From Octopus vulgaris (taxonomy: Eukaryota), in assembly GCA_951406725.2 (NCBI GenBank), contig OX597830.1, forward strand, positions 52,886,001-52,950,000: 64,000 bases of DNA, written 5' to 3'. The notes beneath the pieces were generated by a model. The model saw only the letters and a program-made list of their open reading frames with translations, made no database searches and had not been told where the DNA came from. Numbering within the stretch: position 1 is the stretch's first letter; every line of letters begins with the position of its first letter. Positions 25,087 to 38,669 of this stretch are shown here, piece after piece. The position numbers and the translations under genes are program-made.

Positions 25087-25306
25087 CCCTTTTGTTGCTG
25101 TATTTATTTCGAGAAGCTCTGTGTTTCTTTCAATTAATTTTAAATATAACAAAGAATTTAGTAAAACAACTTAGTTATCATTCAGCTAGTGTTAGGAACA
25201 TAAATTGTGATTAAGGTTTGGCAGAACATTTTAATTCAAAACTTATGATAAGAAGATGTTTGTATTCAGAGCCAGAGGCAGTTTCAGCGGGTTGGTAACG
25301 AAAGGG
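25087..25306 (-). mobile_element. piggyBac-type TTAA MITE
   Basis: Reverse complement of 3312-3531; TTAA flanks; a related older MITE follows to ~25500. Confidence 0.85.
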
Positions 25307-25584
25307 TTAATTCCTTTGTTACCATATTTCTATTGAAATGCACTGATTTTGTTTCACTTACTTTTAAAAAGAAAGAAGAATTTAGTAAAATAATTTTGTC
25401 TTTATTAAGTTGGTATCTAGAACATAAATTAACATGGAGTTTTCAGAGAAGGCTTAGATCACTTTGAAACAGGAAATTTGTTGATATCAAAAGGTTTAAG
25501 CAGTATCTGTGATTACATTATCTAAAGCATCTTTTTTCCTTTAACATGGCAAATGTTAGTTAAGAGAGCTCTGGCTGCTATTTC

Positions 25585-25862
25585 TAACTGGCAGAGAAAC
25601 TACATGGAGGAACACACTAGACAGGATTTGTGGATTACAACTGGTTGCTTGGGTAATGACTTATGTATCATAATGTTGTCACGATTCACTAGAGGTATAC
25701 ATCAACAACAATAAGCTATGCAATAACTGGCAGAGAAACTACATGGAGGAACACACTAGACAGGATCTGTGGATTACAACTGGTTGCTTGGTTAATGACT
25801 TATGTGTCATAATGTTGTCACGATTCACTAGAGGTATACATCAACAACAATAAGCTATGCAA
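25585..25862. repeat. Tandem duplication, 2 x 139 bp
   Basis: Units start at 25585 and 25724 and are nearly identical. Confidence 0.95.
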
Positions 25863-26267
25863 ATAGAGTCATATTCTAGGAACTCTATGCTTGTCTATTA
25901 TAAATCTGTGGCTTTTCTGCTTCGGTGAGGAGAAAACTTCTCGTGTCAAATTTGTAAAGTTGTATGATTTATTGCACCTTGTATTTTACCTGTTTCACTC
26001 ATTGGACTGTGGCCGTGCTGAGCACTGTTTTGAAGGGTTTAGTCAAACAAACTAACAGCAGTAATTACTTTTAAATCTGGTATTTATTCTATCAGTCACT
26101 TTTGTCGAACTGTTAAGTTATGGCAACATAAACAAACAACACTGGCTGCCAAGCTGCGGGATGTGAGGGAGGAGGGATCAACATCTTTATATTCCTTTTC
26201 TTTTAGCTTCTGTATTTGTTCCAAAGTAACAAAAAAAAAAATTGTTGTAATTATTGTTATTATTATA

Positions 26268-26476
26268 AAGGCAAGCTGGCAGAATCATAAGTATGCTGGA
26301 CAAAATGATAAATGGCATTTCATCCATTCTTACATTCTGAGTTCAACTTCTGCTGAGATCATCTTTGCCTTTCATCCTTTTGGTGTCAATAAAATAAGTA
26401 CCAGTTGAACTTTGGGGTTGATGTAATCAGCTTTTCCCCTCCCCAAAATTGATGGCTTTGAGCCAAAATTTGAAAC

Positions 26477-26480
<4 letters not shown>
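26268..26480 (+). mobile_element. SINE family B, old copy
   Basis: Similar to other B copies. Confidence 0.75.
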
Positions 26481-26527
<47 letters not shown>

Positions 26528-26749
26528 CATCATTATTATTATTATCTATTTATTTTAATTTTTATCGAGTGATCAGATATGCACATATCATGAGCCACTA
26601 AGGAACATGCTCCACTGGTTAAGGTCAACCAGTTAAGAAGTAAATCAGTGGTATTGAACAGAATATTTGCTGTAGCCCAATTTTTAACAACAAGACAAAA
26701 CATGTACATGATAACACTCCCAATCAGTTAAGATCAGAAACCATGAGAA

Positions 26750-28119
26750 GTGGTTAAATTGCTCGGGGTCTGGTTTGGTCCAGACCTCCAGGTGGAGAAA
26801 AACTAGGATGAGGTGACAAAGAGGGTGACCAATCTCATCCATAAATGGGTCAAGAGGAAGCTGTTCCTGAAAGGTAGGGCCGAGGTGGTTTAATGTGTAC
26901 ATCGCATATGTCATCTATTACCACTTGACCATTGTCCTTTACCCCGTTTGCTGGTTGACCAAGCTGGTGTGCTTACTCTTCCACTTTCTGTGGAAGGGGC
27001 ACATTCCACTGGTCAGGCACCCCATCTGCTGTCAACAACTGCTGAACAGGAGCCTGAGCATGCCATGGTTACTAATGCACTCAGGCTGTGACATCTCCAG
27101 CGTTACCTTGAGGGTGAGTAGGTGTGGTTGCTGTTCATTACACTTGCTCTTCCACAGCTCATCTCTGTGACTGAGCTGCAATCTTGGATTAAGTATAGAC
27201 CAAGAAAGAGCCCTTGGCACTTCAAGTGTCGACAAGCCCTCAAGCTCTCTACCAGTTGGGCATTGCAGTTGGTGGTAGTTCCACTCCAGTGTTCTATAGT
27301 GGGTTAGTGGAGGAAAAGTTCAACACATTTTGGAGAAACCTTGAGCGTTGACGAGGATCAACTGACTGGTCTGTTCCAGAGAACTTCAGGCCGGGTCCAT
27401 GGATAATTTCCAGAAATCTCTGGCCTGGCAGTGCTACCAAAGAGTGCTGCCAGTTCAAGATAAACTTAAAGGTACAGAAGTGCCTTCAGCCGAGCCTGCC
27501 TGAGATGTGCGCAGAGTGACAAAACCGTTTTGCACTCCCTCATCTAGTGTCTAAGCATTGCTGACCTGTGGGTTTATGCTGAACACTTGCTGTCACATGT
27601 AGGACGAATCTGACTATCAGCTGAATCCAGGGAGGGGCAGGGAATTTTTTATTTGTCTGGTAGCTGTAGTGAAAGAGGTTGAATGATTGGACACACTTGA
27701 AAGGGCTAAAGTCAGACACTTTCCTCTTTGGCCAAGCCCTCATACACTTTTCCAAGTTTCACTTGAAAAGAAAAGTGAGGGTAGAGAAGGAAGTGTTGTC
27801 TTCTAGCAAGTTTGCTGATAGGTAGGTGAATGTCAGAAGAATGGTCAATGTAAATGAACCAGTCTTGAACATGCACCTGTAAAAAGGAAAAAAGGAGAGG
27901 GCTCTTGCCCTGTTGGTTGGGCCACCTGTGGTTTTTGTGGGCTTTCCCATCAGTATCCTTCAACTGCCTCCCCCTATTGGGAGATTTTATTGTTTAATTT
28001 TAATTGTTATTTTACTGTTTACACAATTTGCAAATCCTTTGTATTGTCTTGTATTGTCTTTTCATGTTATTGTATGTCATTTTATGTTGTTTTGTGTAAG
28101 CCCTTTTGGCTAATAAAGA

Positions 28120-28120
<1 letters not shown>
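26750..28120 (+). mobile_element. Tx1/L1-clade LINE ORF2 3' part, decayed
   Basis: VKLLGVWFG, RKLFLKGRA, FHFLWKG, zinc-knuckle-like CLRC....TVLH; ends in (TAA)n. Confidence 0.75.
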
Positions 28121-28316
<196 letters not shown>

Positions 28317-28604
28317 AGTGAGAGAGCAGCACATGCCATCAAGGTGGCATTGGGGTCCAAATACATGAAGCCCAATTTGACATTTATTAGTTTCATACAA
28401 ATTTCAACTGCTTCACCTGCCACATATCTGTACAGCTGAGGTGTATGCAGCATTGCATATTTTTGTTTTTGTTGGTGTTGGAGGGGTACAGACTCTTCCT
28501 GCTACTTTGTTGCATCAGTTTGTTTTTGTTATGGGGTTTGGCTTGAGTCGCTTGTTGTATTAGTATTTGTATTGTGTGTGTAATGTGAGTTGTGTTCTGT
28601 TAGA

Positions 28605-30330
28605 TAGCTGATCGCCAGAAGGGAAGCTAGGAGACAGAGGGACCAGCTATCCGAATTGATAGTACCTTGGTAGATAAAGCAATTAAGGGTATGAAGACAG
28701 GGAAAGTCCCCGGCCCATTAGGAATCACTGCGGGAATGCTTAAAATATCTGGTGGTGTAGGCTATAGTCTAGTCGCCCATATAGTCAACCATGTGATACA
28801 TGAAGGAGTCATACCCAATGACTGGTGTAGTGGCACCATAGTCAACTGCTACAAGAGTAAAGGTGATGCTTTAGATAGGAATAATTACAGAAGTATCAAA
28901 TTGTTGGATGAGGTGATGAAAGTCACGGAGAGGGTCACAGCCCAACTAATTAGGGAGAGAGTCTTCTTAGATGAGATGCAGTTTGGTTTTGTACCAGGGA
29001 GTAACAGCACTGATGCTATATTTCTGGTAAGACAGCTGCAGGATAAATTCCTAGCCAAAGATAAACCTTTGTACTTTTTGTACTTTGTACTTGTACCTTT
29101 TGTTGACATGGAGAAAGCCTTTGACAGATTCCCTTGATCCCTTATCTGGTGGTCAATGCAGAAACTAAGGATAGATGAGTTGTTAGTGAGAGCTACACAA
29201 GCCATGTACCGGGATGCTGTCAGTAGGCAAGGATTGGCAACAAATATAGTGAAGAATTCCAGGTAGGGGTAGGGGTTCACCAAGGATCAGTCCTCAGCCC
29301 CTTCTTATTCATCACAGTCCTCCAGGCAAAAACAGAAGAATTCCAGACAGGATGCCCTGGGAACTCCTCTATGCTGATGACTTTGCTCTAATAGCTGAGT
29401 CACTACCAGAACTAGAGGATAAGTTTCAGGTGTGGAAGCAAGGTCTAGAATCAAGGGGCCTTAGAGTCAATCTAGCAAAAACAAAAGTGTAGCTGCTAGA
29501 ATAAGAATAGCCTGGACAAAGTTCAGAGAGCTCCTTCTTCTACTGATAACAAAGAGCCTCTCATTCAAAGTGAAAAGTAGACTGTATGATGCATGTGTGC
29601 GAACAGCATTGCCACATGGCAGAGAAACATGGGCTGTGACTGCTGAGGACATGTGTAGGCTTGAAAGAAATAAAGTTAGTATGGTCTGATGAATGTGTAA
29701 TGTCAGTGTGCATACACAACAGACTGTCAGTGCCCTGAAATAAAAGTTGGACATAAGAAGCATCAGATGTGGTGTGCAACAGAGACGACTGCACTGGTAT
29801 GGTCATGTGTTACATATGGATGAGGACAGCAGTGTGAAGGAGTGTCATACCCTAACAGTGGGGGGGGAACCTGTTGAAGAGGTGGACCCAAGAAGACCTG
29901 GGATGAAGTGGTGGAGCATGACCTTCAAACGTTGGGCCTCACAAAGGCAATAACTAGGGACCGAGACCTTTGGAGATATGCAGTGCTTGAGAAGACCTGT
30001 TGAGTCAAGTGAAATCATGTTGTGGCCAATGCCAGTACCGCCTGACTGGCACCTGTGCTAGTGGCTTGTAAAAATCACCATTCAAGCATGGTTGATTGCC
30101 AGTGCTGCCAGAATGGCCCCCCGTGCAGGTGACACGTAAAAAGCACTGACTACACTCTCGGAGTAGTTGGTGCTAGGAAGGGCATCCATCTGTAGAAACC
30201 TTGCCAGATCAGATTGGAGCCTGGTGCAGCCCCCTGGCTTCCCAGTCCTCAGTCAAACTGTCCAATCCATGCCAGCATGGAAAGCAGACATTAAATGATG
30301 CTGCTGCTGCTGATGATGATGATGATGACG
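28605..30330 (+). mobile_element. RTE LINE (RT to 3' UTR), 5'-truncated with internal deletion
   Basis: NYRSIKLL, QFGFVPG, FVDMEKAFD, GVHQGSVLSP, YADD, WYGHV; (GAT)n tail. Confidence 0.95.
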
Positions 30331-30851
30331 ATATATGTGTATATATATATATATATATATGTATACACACAGAAAGAGAGAGAGAGAGAAGAGACAGACC
30401 GACAGACTGAGTTTGTGCTTGTGTGTGTGTGTGTGTTTTGTTGGGAGGAGGTGGTAACAGAGAGAAAGAAGTTACATATCACTTGCCTTCGAATGGTGTG
30501 TGTGAGAAGGAGGAGTGTGTGTGTGTGTGTGTGTGTTTGGAGAGGTAGGGTTGATGGGATGCAAGTGAGGTTGGGAGGGGAGTATTTAAAACACTGAAAA
30601 ACCCCGGCGTCACAGGTTTCATTCCCAGACCAAATTACCTGAAATGAACAGATAACACCTAACTGGTCTGTCACTGATATCCTCCACAGAATATCTTCTT
30701 GCCCAAGATTTGGAATCAAATGACCTGGCTACATTAGCTGCGTCTTTATCAAAACAACAGATTAAGGTTTCACCAACAACTGAAGCGAATCCAGTGTGCT
30801 TGCTTACTTTTGTGTTGTTTTTGTTGTTGTAGCACTTCTATTTCTTCTTCA

Positions 30852-30890
<39 letters not shown>

Positions 30891-30915
30891 CATTATTATT
30901 ATCATTATCATCATT

Positions 30916-30974
<59 letters not shown>

Positions 30975-30979
30975 TATAT

Positions 30980-31200
30980 AAGGAGCAACGTGGCAGAATC
31001 ATTAAAGCGTTGGGAAAACAAATGCTTGCATTTTTTGTTCCAGTTCTTTACATTTTGAGTTCAAATCCCACTGAGATCAACTTTGCCTTTCATCCTTTCA
31101 GGAGTCTATAAAATAAGTACCAATCTAAGTGCAGGGGTCAAAGGTATTCACTAACCCCTTCCACTCAAATTTCTGGCCTTGTGCCTAAAACAGCAACCAT
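30980..31200 (+). mobile_element. SINE family B, old copy
   Basis: Similar to other B copies. Confidence 0.7.
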
Positions 31201-31229
31201 TGTCAGCATCATCATTAATTATTATAACA

Positions 31230-31309
<80 letters not shown>

Positions 31310-31313
<4 letters not shown>

Positions 31314-32920
31314 TAGTTTTATTTTTATATCGTGCTTTCACTTCACTACCAAGTGCAGCTCTGTGTGCCTTGGGTATGTGCTGTAGTTTGTTGTAATGCT
31401 CTTATGGTTGCTGTATTGAAAGTGTTTTGCGTAGAATGTGTGCAGTGCCCAGTAGTGCAATTTTCTGTATGTTATATATATTTGTAAGTCCTGGTGTTTT
31501 TGTTATGTATTTGTCTGAATATTTTTTTATCATACCTAATGCGCCTAGTATGATAGGAATTGTTTCTGTTTTTAGATTCCATATTCTAGTTACCTCTATT
31601 TCCAGGTCTTTGTATTTTGAAAGTTTCTCCATTTCTTTTAGAGACACGTTGTCATCTGCTGGTATTGATACAGCAATTAGAAAGCATTTTTTTTCTTCAT
31701 GATCTCTGACAACTAAATCTGGTCTGTTGACCTTAATTTCTCTATCTGTGTGTATTGGCACATCCCAAAGTATGGTTGCTTTCTTGTTTTCTGTGACCTT
31801 TTCTGGCATGTGCCTATACCATTTTTTATCTGTTGTTATTCCATAATATTGGCATAGCTTCCAGTGTATGTAGGTCCCAACTCTGTTGTGTCTGTGAGTA
31901 TGTTCCTTCTTAGCCAGGACTGGGCAGCCAGAGATAATATGATTTATTGTTTCTTGTCCATCTCCACATATTCTGCAATTACTCGTTATGCTTCTTTTCA
32001 TTATATGCTTTTGGTAATTTCTGGTGGGGAGGCTTTGGTCTTGTGCTGCAATTAAAAATCCCTCTGTCTCTGCTTTGAGTCCTGAGCTTCTCAACCATTG
32101 CTGGGATTTTTCTCTGTCTATTTCTTTTGCATTTAGTTTAGTCCAATATTTGCCATGAAGGGGCTTTTCTCGCCATCGTTTTAGTTTTGATTTCATTTGC
32201 TTTATAGCTTTTGTTGTGTTTTCTCCTCCTCCTCCTCCTCCTTCTTCTTCTTCTTCTTCTTCCCCCTCCTCCTTCTCTTCTTCTTCCTCCTCCTCGTCTT
32301 CTTCTTCTTCTTCTTCTTCTTCCTCCTCCTCCTCCTCCTCGTTTTCCTCTTCTGCTTCCTCCTCCTCCTCCTCGTCTTCCTCTTCTTCTTACTCCTCCTC
32401 CTCGTCTTCCTCTTCTTCTTACTCCTCCTCCTCCTCCTCCTCCTCGTCTTCTTCTTCTTCTTCTTCTTCCTCCTCCTCCTCCTCCTCCTCGTCTTCTTCT
32501 TCTTCCCCCTCCCCCTTCTCCTCTTCTTGTTCTTCCTCCCCCTCCCCCTCCCCTTCTTCTTCTTCTTCTTCTTCTTCTTCTTCTTCTTCTTCTTCATATT
32601 TGTTAGGTAGTATTTCTTGTTTGTATTTGTCAGCTTCCTTAAATACTGAGAACAGTTTTTTGTTTTGCTCGTGTTTTGCGGCTATTTGTATCAGTTTTCC
32701 TTGCTTCTGAAGTAGGTATTTTTGCAGTCCTATGGTGGTTATTTTATAATAGCTTTCCAGCTGCATAAGGCCTCTACCACCTTCTATACGTTGTATATAT
32801 AGCCTTTCTATGTCAGATTTTGGGTGGTGCATCCTAGAAACTGTCATTATTTTTTTTGTTTTCCTATCTATTTTGGTTGGTTCTTTCAGTGACCAGTTAA
32901 GGATATCGTAGCTGTAACTT
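31310..32920 (-). mobile_element. R4/Dong-type LINE 3' portion (CCHC knuckle + restriction-like endonuclease) in (TAA)n
   Basis: RLYI.R.EGGRGL, AAQDQ, CRIC...ETINHIISGC, RHN, RPD, K..KY.DL, LGALG; (TTA)n on both flanks. Confidence 0.92.
32221..32595. repeat. (CTT/CCT)n trinucleotide expansion inside the LINE ORF
   Basis: Direct inspection. Confidence 0.95.
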
Positions 32921-32951
32921 TATCGTCATTTTCTAGCCATTATTGTTATTG

Positions 32952-33008
<57 letters not shown>

Positions 33009-33138
33009 GTAGCGATATGGCGGCAATCTAGCTGAATCATTAGCATGTTGAGCAAAATGTTTGGCAGTATTTCATCAGTCTTTACATTCGACTTATCCCT
33101 TTCTACAAAATGGCTGCCCTTGTGGCAAAATTTGAAAC

Positions 33139-33175
<37 letters not shown>

Positions 33176-33257
33176 GCAAGAGTAGTAGATGGATAGACTC
33201 ATTAGAATGTCAGACAAAACTCTGCTTTCTTATCACAAATTCAGCTGAAATCATCAT

Positions 33258-33486
33258 TAACCCTTTAGCATTCAGATTTCTCTGTCAAATGTAATGCTTA
33301 TTTATTCACATTATTTCCAACTAATTATTTATCGTCTTGTAACCTTCAAATTTTGATTAGGTAATTATTCATTTCTTGAAAGATATTGTAGAGCAAGTGT
33401 AAAAGACTGAATGAGGCCATTTTGAATATAAAAAAAAGGTAGATTATTTTAGTTGGTTATGGCCAGTTTAAATGTTAATGGGTTAA
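33258..33486. mobile_element. TTAA-flanked MITE (second family)
   Basis: ttaaccctttagcatt ... aatgttaatgggttaa. Confidence 0.7.
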
Positions 33487-33581
33487 CTTTTATCCCTCCA
33501 GGGTTGATATAATAAAGTACCAGTGGAACACTGGGATCAATATAATCGCCTATTCTCTTCTCCCCAAATTTCAGGTTTTGT

Positions 33582-33770
33582 GCATAAGGCCTCTACCACC
33601 TTCTATACGTTGTATATATAGCCTTTCTATGTCAGATTTTGGGTGGTGCATCCTAGAAACTGTCATTATTTTTTTTGTTTTCCTATCTATTTTGGTTGGT
33701 TCATTCAGTGACCAGTTAAGGATATCGTAGCTGTAACTTTATCGTCATTTTCTAGCCATTATTGTTATTG

Positions 33771-33839
<69 letters not shown>

Positions 33840-33875
33840 GTAGCGATATGGCGGCAATCTAGCTGAATCATTAGC
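33582..33875 (+). repeat. Local ~290-bp duplication of 32763-33044
   Basis: Near-identical text spanning the LINE 5' truncation, (TTA)n and a SINE head. Confidence 0.95.
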
Positions 33876-34002
33876 CTATTCCCTTCTCCCCAAATTTCAG
33901 GTTTTGTGCATATATTAGAAACAGTTACGATTATTATTATTACTTTTCATTCTTCTGTGAAAACCTATGTGATCAATTGTGCTGTTCATATTTAAAAGAC
34001 CA

Positions 34003-34164
34003 GCGTAGGAGTGGCTGTGTGGTAAGTAGCTTGCTTACCAACCACATGGTTCCGGGTTCAGTCCCACTGCGTGACACCTTGGGCAAGTGTCTTCTACTAT
34101 AGCCTTGGGCCGACCAAAGCCTTGTGAGTGGATTTGGTAGACGGAAACTGAAAGAAGCCTGTTG

Positions 34165-34197
<33 letters not shown>

Positions 34198-34410
34198 GTG
34201 TATTTGTGTGTCTGTGTTTGTCTCCCCAACATCGCTTGACAACCGATGCTGGTGTGTTTACGTCCCCGTAACTTAGCGGTTTGGCAAAAGAGACTGATAG
34301 AACAAGTACTAGGCTTACAAAGAATAAGTCCTGGGGTCGATTTGCTCGACTAAAGGTGGTGCTCCAGCATGGCCACAGTCAACTGACTGAAACGAGTAAA
34401 AAGGAGTAAA
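34003..34410 (+). mobile_element. SINE family A, full length
   Basis: A-box, B-box GGTTCAGTCCC, tail. Confidence 0.9.
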
Positions 34411-34944
34411 AAAAAAAGGAGCGGCAGGAAATATTACCTTGCTTGGAAGCAGGTGATGGCAACAAGAAGGGTATCTAGCCATAGAAAACCTGCTTCAATA
34501 AGTTTTGTCCAACACATGCAATTAGGAAATGTAGACATTAACACAATGGTAACTACTGATTTGTTCATGTATGCTTTTGGTTTACTCTTTAAGGTTTTGG
34601 TTAATATCATATTTAAACTGCATAAAAAAATAATTTTTTGGGATTTATTTTTATCGAGGAAGAATTTGAATATTTGGAAGTTTGCACAAATAAAGTCTAG
34701 AGAAAAATAAAAAATAAAGGGTCTGTTGGTTGATAATCTCTTCCCTCTGTCTTGCATGCATGCTAATGATGTGGGTGCGTAATGCCTACCAAAATAAAAA
34801 TCATGAAACTGAATACATTTCCAAAGAGTTTAAGCACAAATGCAGAACAAAACTTCACAAGGATATCAAGCTGAAAACTATTGTCATTTCTAAGTGTGGT
34901 CACAGCAATAATTTTGTCAAAAACAGCAACAGTAATAAATACAA

Positions 34945-34978
<34 letters not shown>

Positions 34979-35177
34979 TTCACACACACACACACACACG
35001 TGCATGCATGCACACATACACACACGCCAAGCTTTGTGAAACAAAAGTAGCTGTATTTTTTAATGATTAAAAAATTGAGTAAAAGTCCAACCTCATCATT
35101 TGCCAATTAGACTTGCAACAAACTTTTATTTATTTTAGCATTTTCTATCTTGACTTTTTTTCCATATATATATATAT

Positions 35178-35343
35178 GACAGACTTCTTTCAGTTTCTAT
35201 CTACCAAATCCACACACAAGGCTTTGGTAGGTCCGAGACTATAGTAGAAAAAGCAGTTGCCCAAGGTGCCACACTGTGGTACTGAATCCAGAACCATGTG
35301 GTTGGAAAGCATGCTACTTGCCACACTGCCACTCTTGTGCCTA
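35178..35343 (-). mobile_element. SINE family A 5' half
   Basis: Reverse complement of the A head. Confidence 0.8.
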
Positions 35344-35692
35344 TGTGTCACTAATTACATAGAACTAGCAAAAGACAGGATATTGAAAAAAAAATTTTAC
35401 CTCTAGATAATGACAGAAAGAATTTTATGTTAACCACCGTCAGGATGTGGCCATTTTCCTGACCACCCCCAACTCTTAAATTACTCTTGAGCATTTATGG
35501 AAAAAACAACTGAAATCAGAAAAGCAATTACTGAAGGAGAGGATCTGAATCATGGAGAGCCCAGAAGGAGCATTTTCATTGTGTAGGATTAGGTTACCCA
35601 ATCTAAAACTTTCTGTGTTTTATATAATATTTAATATATATTTTTATTCACTGTTATTCTATGTATAGCTAGCAGGGATATGAATCAGTGCT

Positions 35693-35706
35693 GCGCCCTC
35701 TAGTGG
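35693..35706 (-). promoter_or_regulatory. Candidate CTCF binding site
   Basis: CCACTAGAGGGCGC on the minus strand matches the CTCF core consensus, in non-repetitive sequence. Confidence 0.5.
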
Positions 35707-36229
35707 TCAAATATCCATCACTGACATGACCAAGAAAGGTCAAAATATTGTGGTCTGGTAGCCTCAGCACTGGAAGTGGTGGGGATTTATCTTCTTGCTA
35801 GCAATATGAACAAGAATGCATTTTGCACCAAAAGCCAATATGAGAGTGTCACTCATGATATCTACCACAGTATAGTTTGTTCTAACAGAACATCCACATT
35901 TAAGTGGGGATAAATAGTATCTTTCTAAATGTATTGTCTTTAATTTACATCAAATTCTAAATATGTATGGCATCCTTACATTCATCTAATGGTCTTCCAC
36001 ACAGTTTCCATCAATATAATTTCATTCACAGCTTTTGGGTCAACCTTAAGCTCTGGTTACCCAAGATAGTACACAATAGAAACCGGAGACCTTATAATTA
36101 CTGAAGGAACTTCTCAGCTATTCAACCGTGTCTGGGTTCACATGTCTATGCACATGCAGAAAAGCAAACACTCAGGCATCAAAGACAAAATTTAATAATA
36201 AATTTTGTTTTGTACTTTAATGTTGTCAC

Positions 36230-36319
<90 letters not shown>

Positions 36320-36569
36320 GATGGTGGTGGTGGTGGTGGTGGTGGTGGTGGTGGTGGTGGTGGTGGTGGTACATTCCACCAAGACTAATCAAAGATATAA
36401 CTTCTACACCTGGCCAATAGAAAATAATAAAACAACTTTAAGTAGCAGATGAGGAATTGTCATAACAGTCTTATCACTTTTACCTGATAATGATATATAT
36501 CTTCAATATATATGTGTGCATGTGTGTGTGTATGTGAGTGTGTGTGTGTGCGTGTGCATTCTCGTTTAG

Positions 36570-36662
36570 TGCCTTATTAATTTAACACACTCACCGATTT
36601 CCACTCATTTACTTATTTATTTTTATAAAAATTTTCGTTGCGACTTGCAACCTTTTCAACAG
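36570..36662 (-). mobile_element. Penelope-like pLTR fragment with U3-A8 hammerhead remnant (36625-36662)
   Basis: Minus strand UUGAAAA-g-gttgc-aagtc-gcaac-GAAA-AUUU; homologous to 48231-48438. Confidence 0.6.
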
Positions 36663-36711
36663 ATGTTGACTCTGTCCGTTATCGGAATTGCGTTGTTTCT
36701 TGTATGCATGT

Positions 36712-36874
36712 AGGCATAAGAGTGGCTGTGTGGTAAATAGCTTGCTTACCAACCACATGGTTCCGGGTTCAGTCCCACTGTGTGGCACCTTGGGCAAGTG
36801 TCTTCTACTATAGCCTCGGGCCGATCAAAGCCTTGTGAGTGGATTTAGTAGACGGAAACTGAAAGAAGCCTGTC

Positions 36875-36926
<52 letters not shown>

Positions 36927-37145
36927 ATATATTTGTGTGTCTGTGTTTGTCCCCCCAACATCGCTTGACAGCCGATGCTGGTGTGTTTACGTCCCCTTAA
37001 CTTAGTGGTTCGGCAAAATAGACCGATAGAATAAGTACTAGGCTTACAAAGAATAAGTCCTGGGGTCGATTTGCTCGACTAAAAAGGTGGTGCTCCAGCA
37101 TGGCCACAATCAAATGACTGAAACAAGTAACAGAGTAAAAGAGTA
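36712..37145 (+). mobile_element. SINE family A, full length
   Basis: As 34003. Confidence 0.9.
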
Positions 37146-37954
37146 TGTGTATGTATCAGTGTGCGTGTGCCTTAGTGTGTATGCCCATACACATACGTAT
37201 GTATGCATGTGTGTATGTGTGTATGTATGTGCGTGCATGCATGTATGTGTGTGTGCATATACATATGTACGCATGTGTGCACGTTTGTATGTATGCATAT
37301 ACTCTGCATGTTTGTGTATGCATGTGTGTGCATGTGCATGTATATATATGTATGCATGCGTGCACGTTTGTATGTATGTATTTTGCATATCCATGTGTTT
37401 GTGTGTGTGTGTTTATGTTTGTGTTCATGTATGTGCATTTGTATGTGTGTGTATGTGTGTGTGAGTGTGTATTTGTGTGTGTACCTCTGTCTCTTTGTGT
37501 GTGCATGTTTGAATGTATCTGTGTATGAGTTTATGTGACTATGTGCATGCATCTGTTACGTATGTCTCCATATGTGTCATTGGGTGAAATGTGCATGTGT
37601 ATATATGGTCATGTGTTTCAGTCTTCATTTGTACGTATGTATGTGTGTATGTGTGTGTTTGTGCCCATCTGTCCATATTACCTATGTACCTATCTATCTG
37701 TATATCTATCTGTCCATATCTGTATCCATTTACCACATATATATATATATACACATACCCAAAATAAAGTACAAATATTTGTGTATATTTGCATGCCTTA
37801 ACAAACACTGGAGCTTGATGCAGTCTTCTGACTTATCAGATGCCGTCAAGCCACATAACACATACCAGCATGGAGGATGGACATTAAATGGTGATGGTAA
37901 TATATATGTATATGTGAGTGTGCATGCATGCGTGTGTGTGTGTAGGTATATATT

Positions 37955-38222
37955 ATGGCTGCCCCCTTGTTATTGTGTATGGCCATTGCACGAAGCTTAA
38001 CTGTTACTGGTGCTGTGATGGAATGTAACTTTTTAGCCCAGCTAAAGATCTACAATGTCTTGTACAGAATTGGCAGCTAAAACCTTTACTGGCAATAGCC
38101 GGCTGTAGTTGTAACTGGGCTTCATGTACCTTTGCATGTCGTTTAAGTCCTCCTGCCGAATTACACTCTCTTCCACATGCCCAACAGATATGATTAGTAT
38201 GGTGTGTTACACCACCACCAGT

Positions 38223-38225
<3 letters not shown>
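37955..38225 (-). mobile_element. LINE 3' end with two C2H2-like zinc fingers (probably RTE-type)
   Basis: CWACGRECNSAGGLKRHAKVH and CQFCTRHCRSLAGLKSY; no splice signals; truncated at (TA)n. Confidence 0.55.
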
Positions 38226-38288
<63 letters not shown>

Positions 38289-38525
38289 AGGATAAAATTC
38301 TTTTCGAAAAAAATATTTTCTCGAAAAAAATTTTATCAATGGCCAGCATATTAAAAAATACCTTTGACGGTTAAATTTATAAACAATTCATAAATGAGGG
38401 CAAAGGAAAAGAATTCTAATGTAAAAAATTGGACACATTGTCCATTAACCATATAATTTTTTCACAATACGCACACTACTCGAAAAAAGGTTGACAGAAA
38501 TTTCTAAAAAATTCCATTATTACCA

Positions 38526-38578
38526 TATCGGACCGATTTCAGAGTTAGCTACTAAGAGCCCTCTCTTCGTCAGTGATA
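38526..38578 (-). ncRNA. Hammerhead motif, slightly decayed
   Basis: tatca-CUGACGA-agag...ctct-GAAA-UCG-GUC-cgata. Confidence 0.6.
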
Positions 38579-38669
38579 CATGTGGTAAAAGAAATAAATG
38601 AGATACTTACTTATACCCATGGAAGGAGCAAATACTAGTAGATTATGTAATATAAATCAGTCTACATAT

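Noticed and set aside
30590-30810. Possible minus-strand exon/intron signals
   Set aside because: No coherent reading frame or partner exon; flanked by simple repeats
34654-34785. Minus-strand acceptor followed by ALRTHIISMHARQREEII frame
   Set aside because: No donor and no recognisable homology; too weak to call
38004-38225. C2H2 zinc-finger host gene
   Set aside because: Lacks TGEKP linkers and splice sites; structure fits a truncated LINE C-terminus
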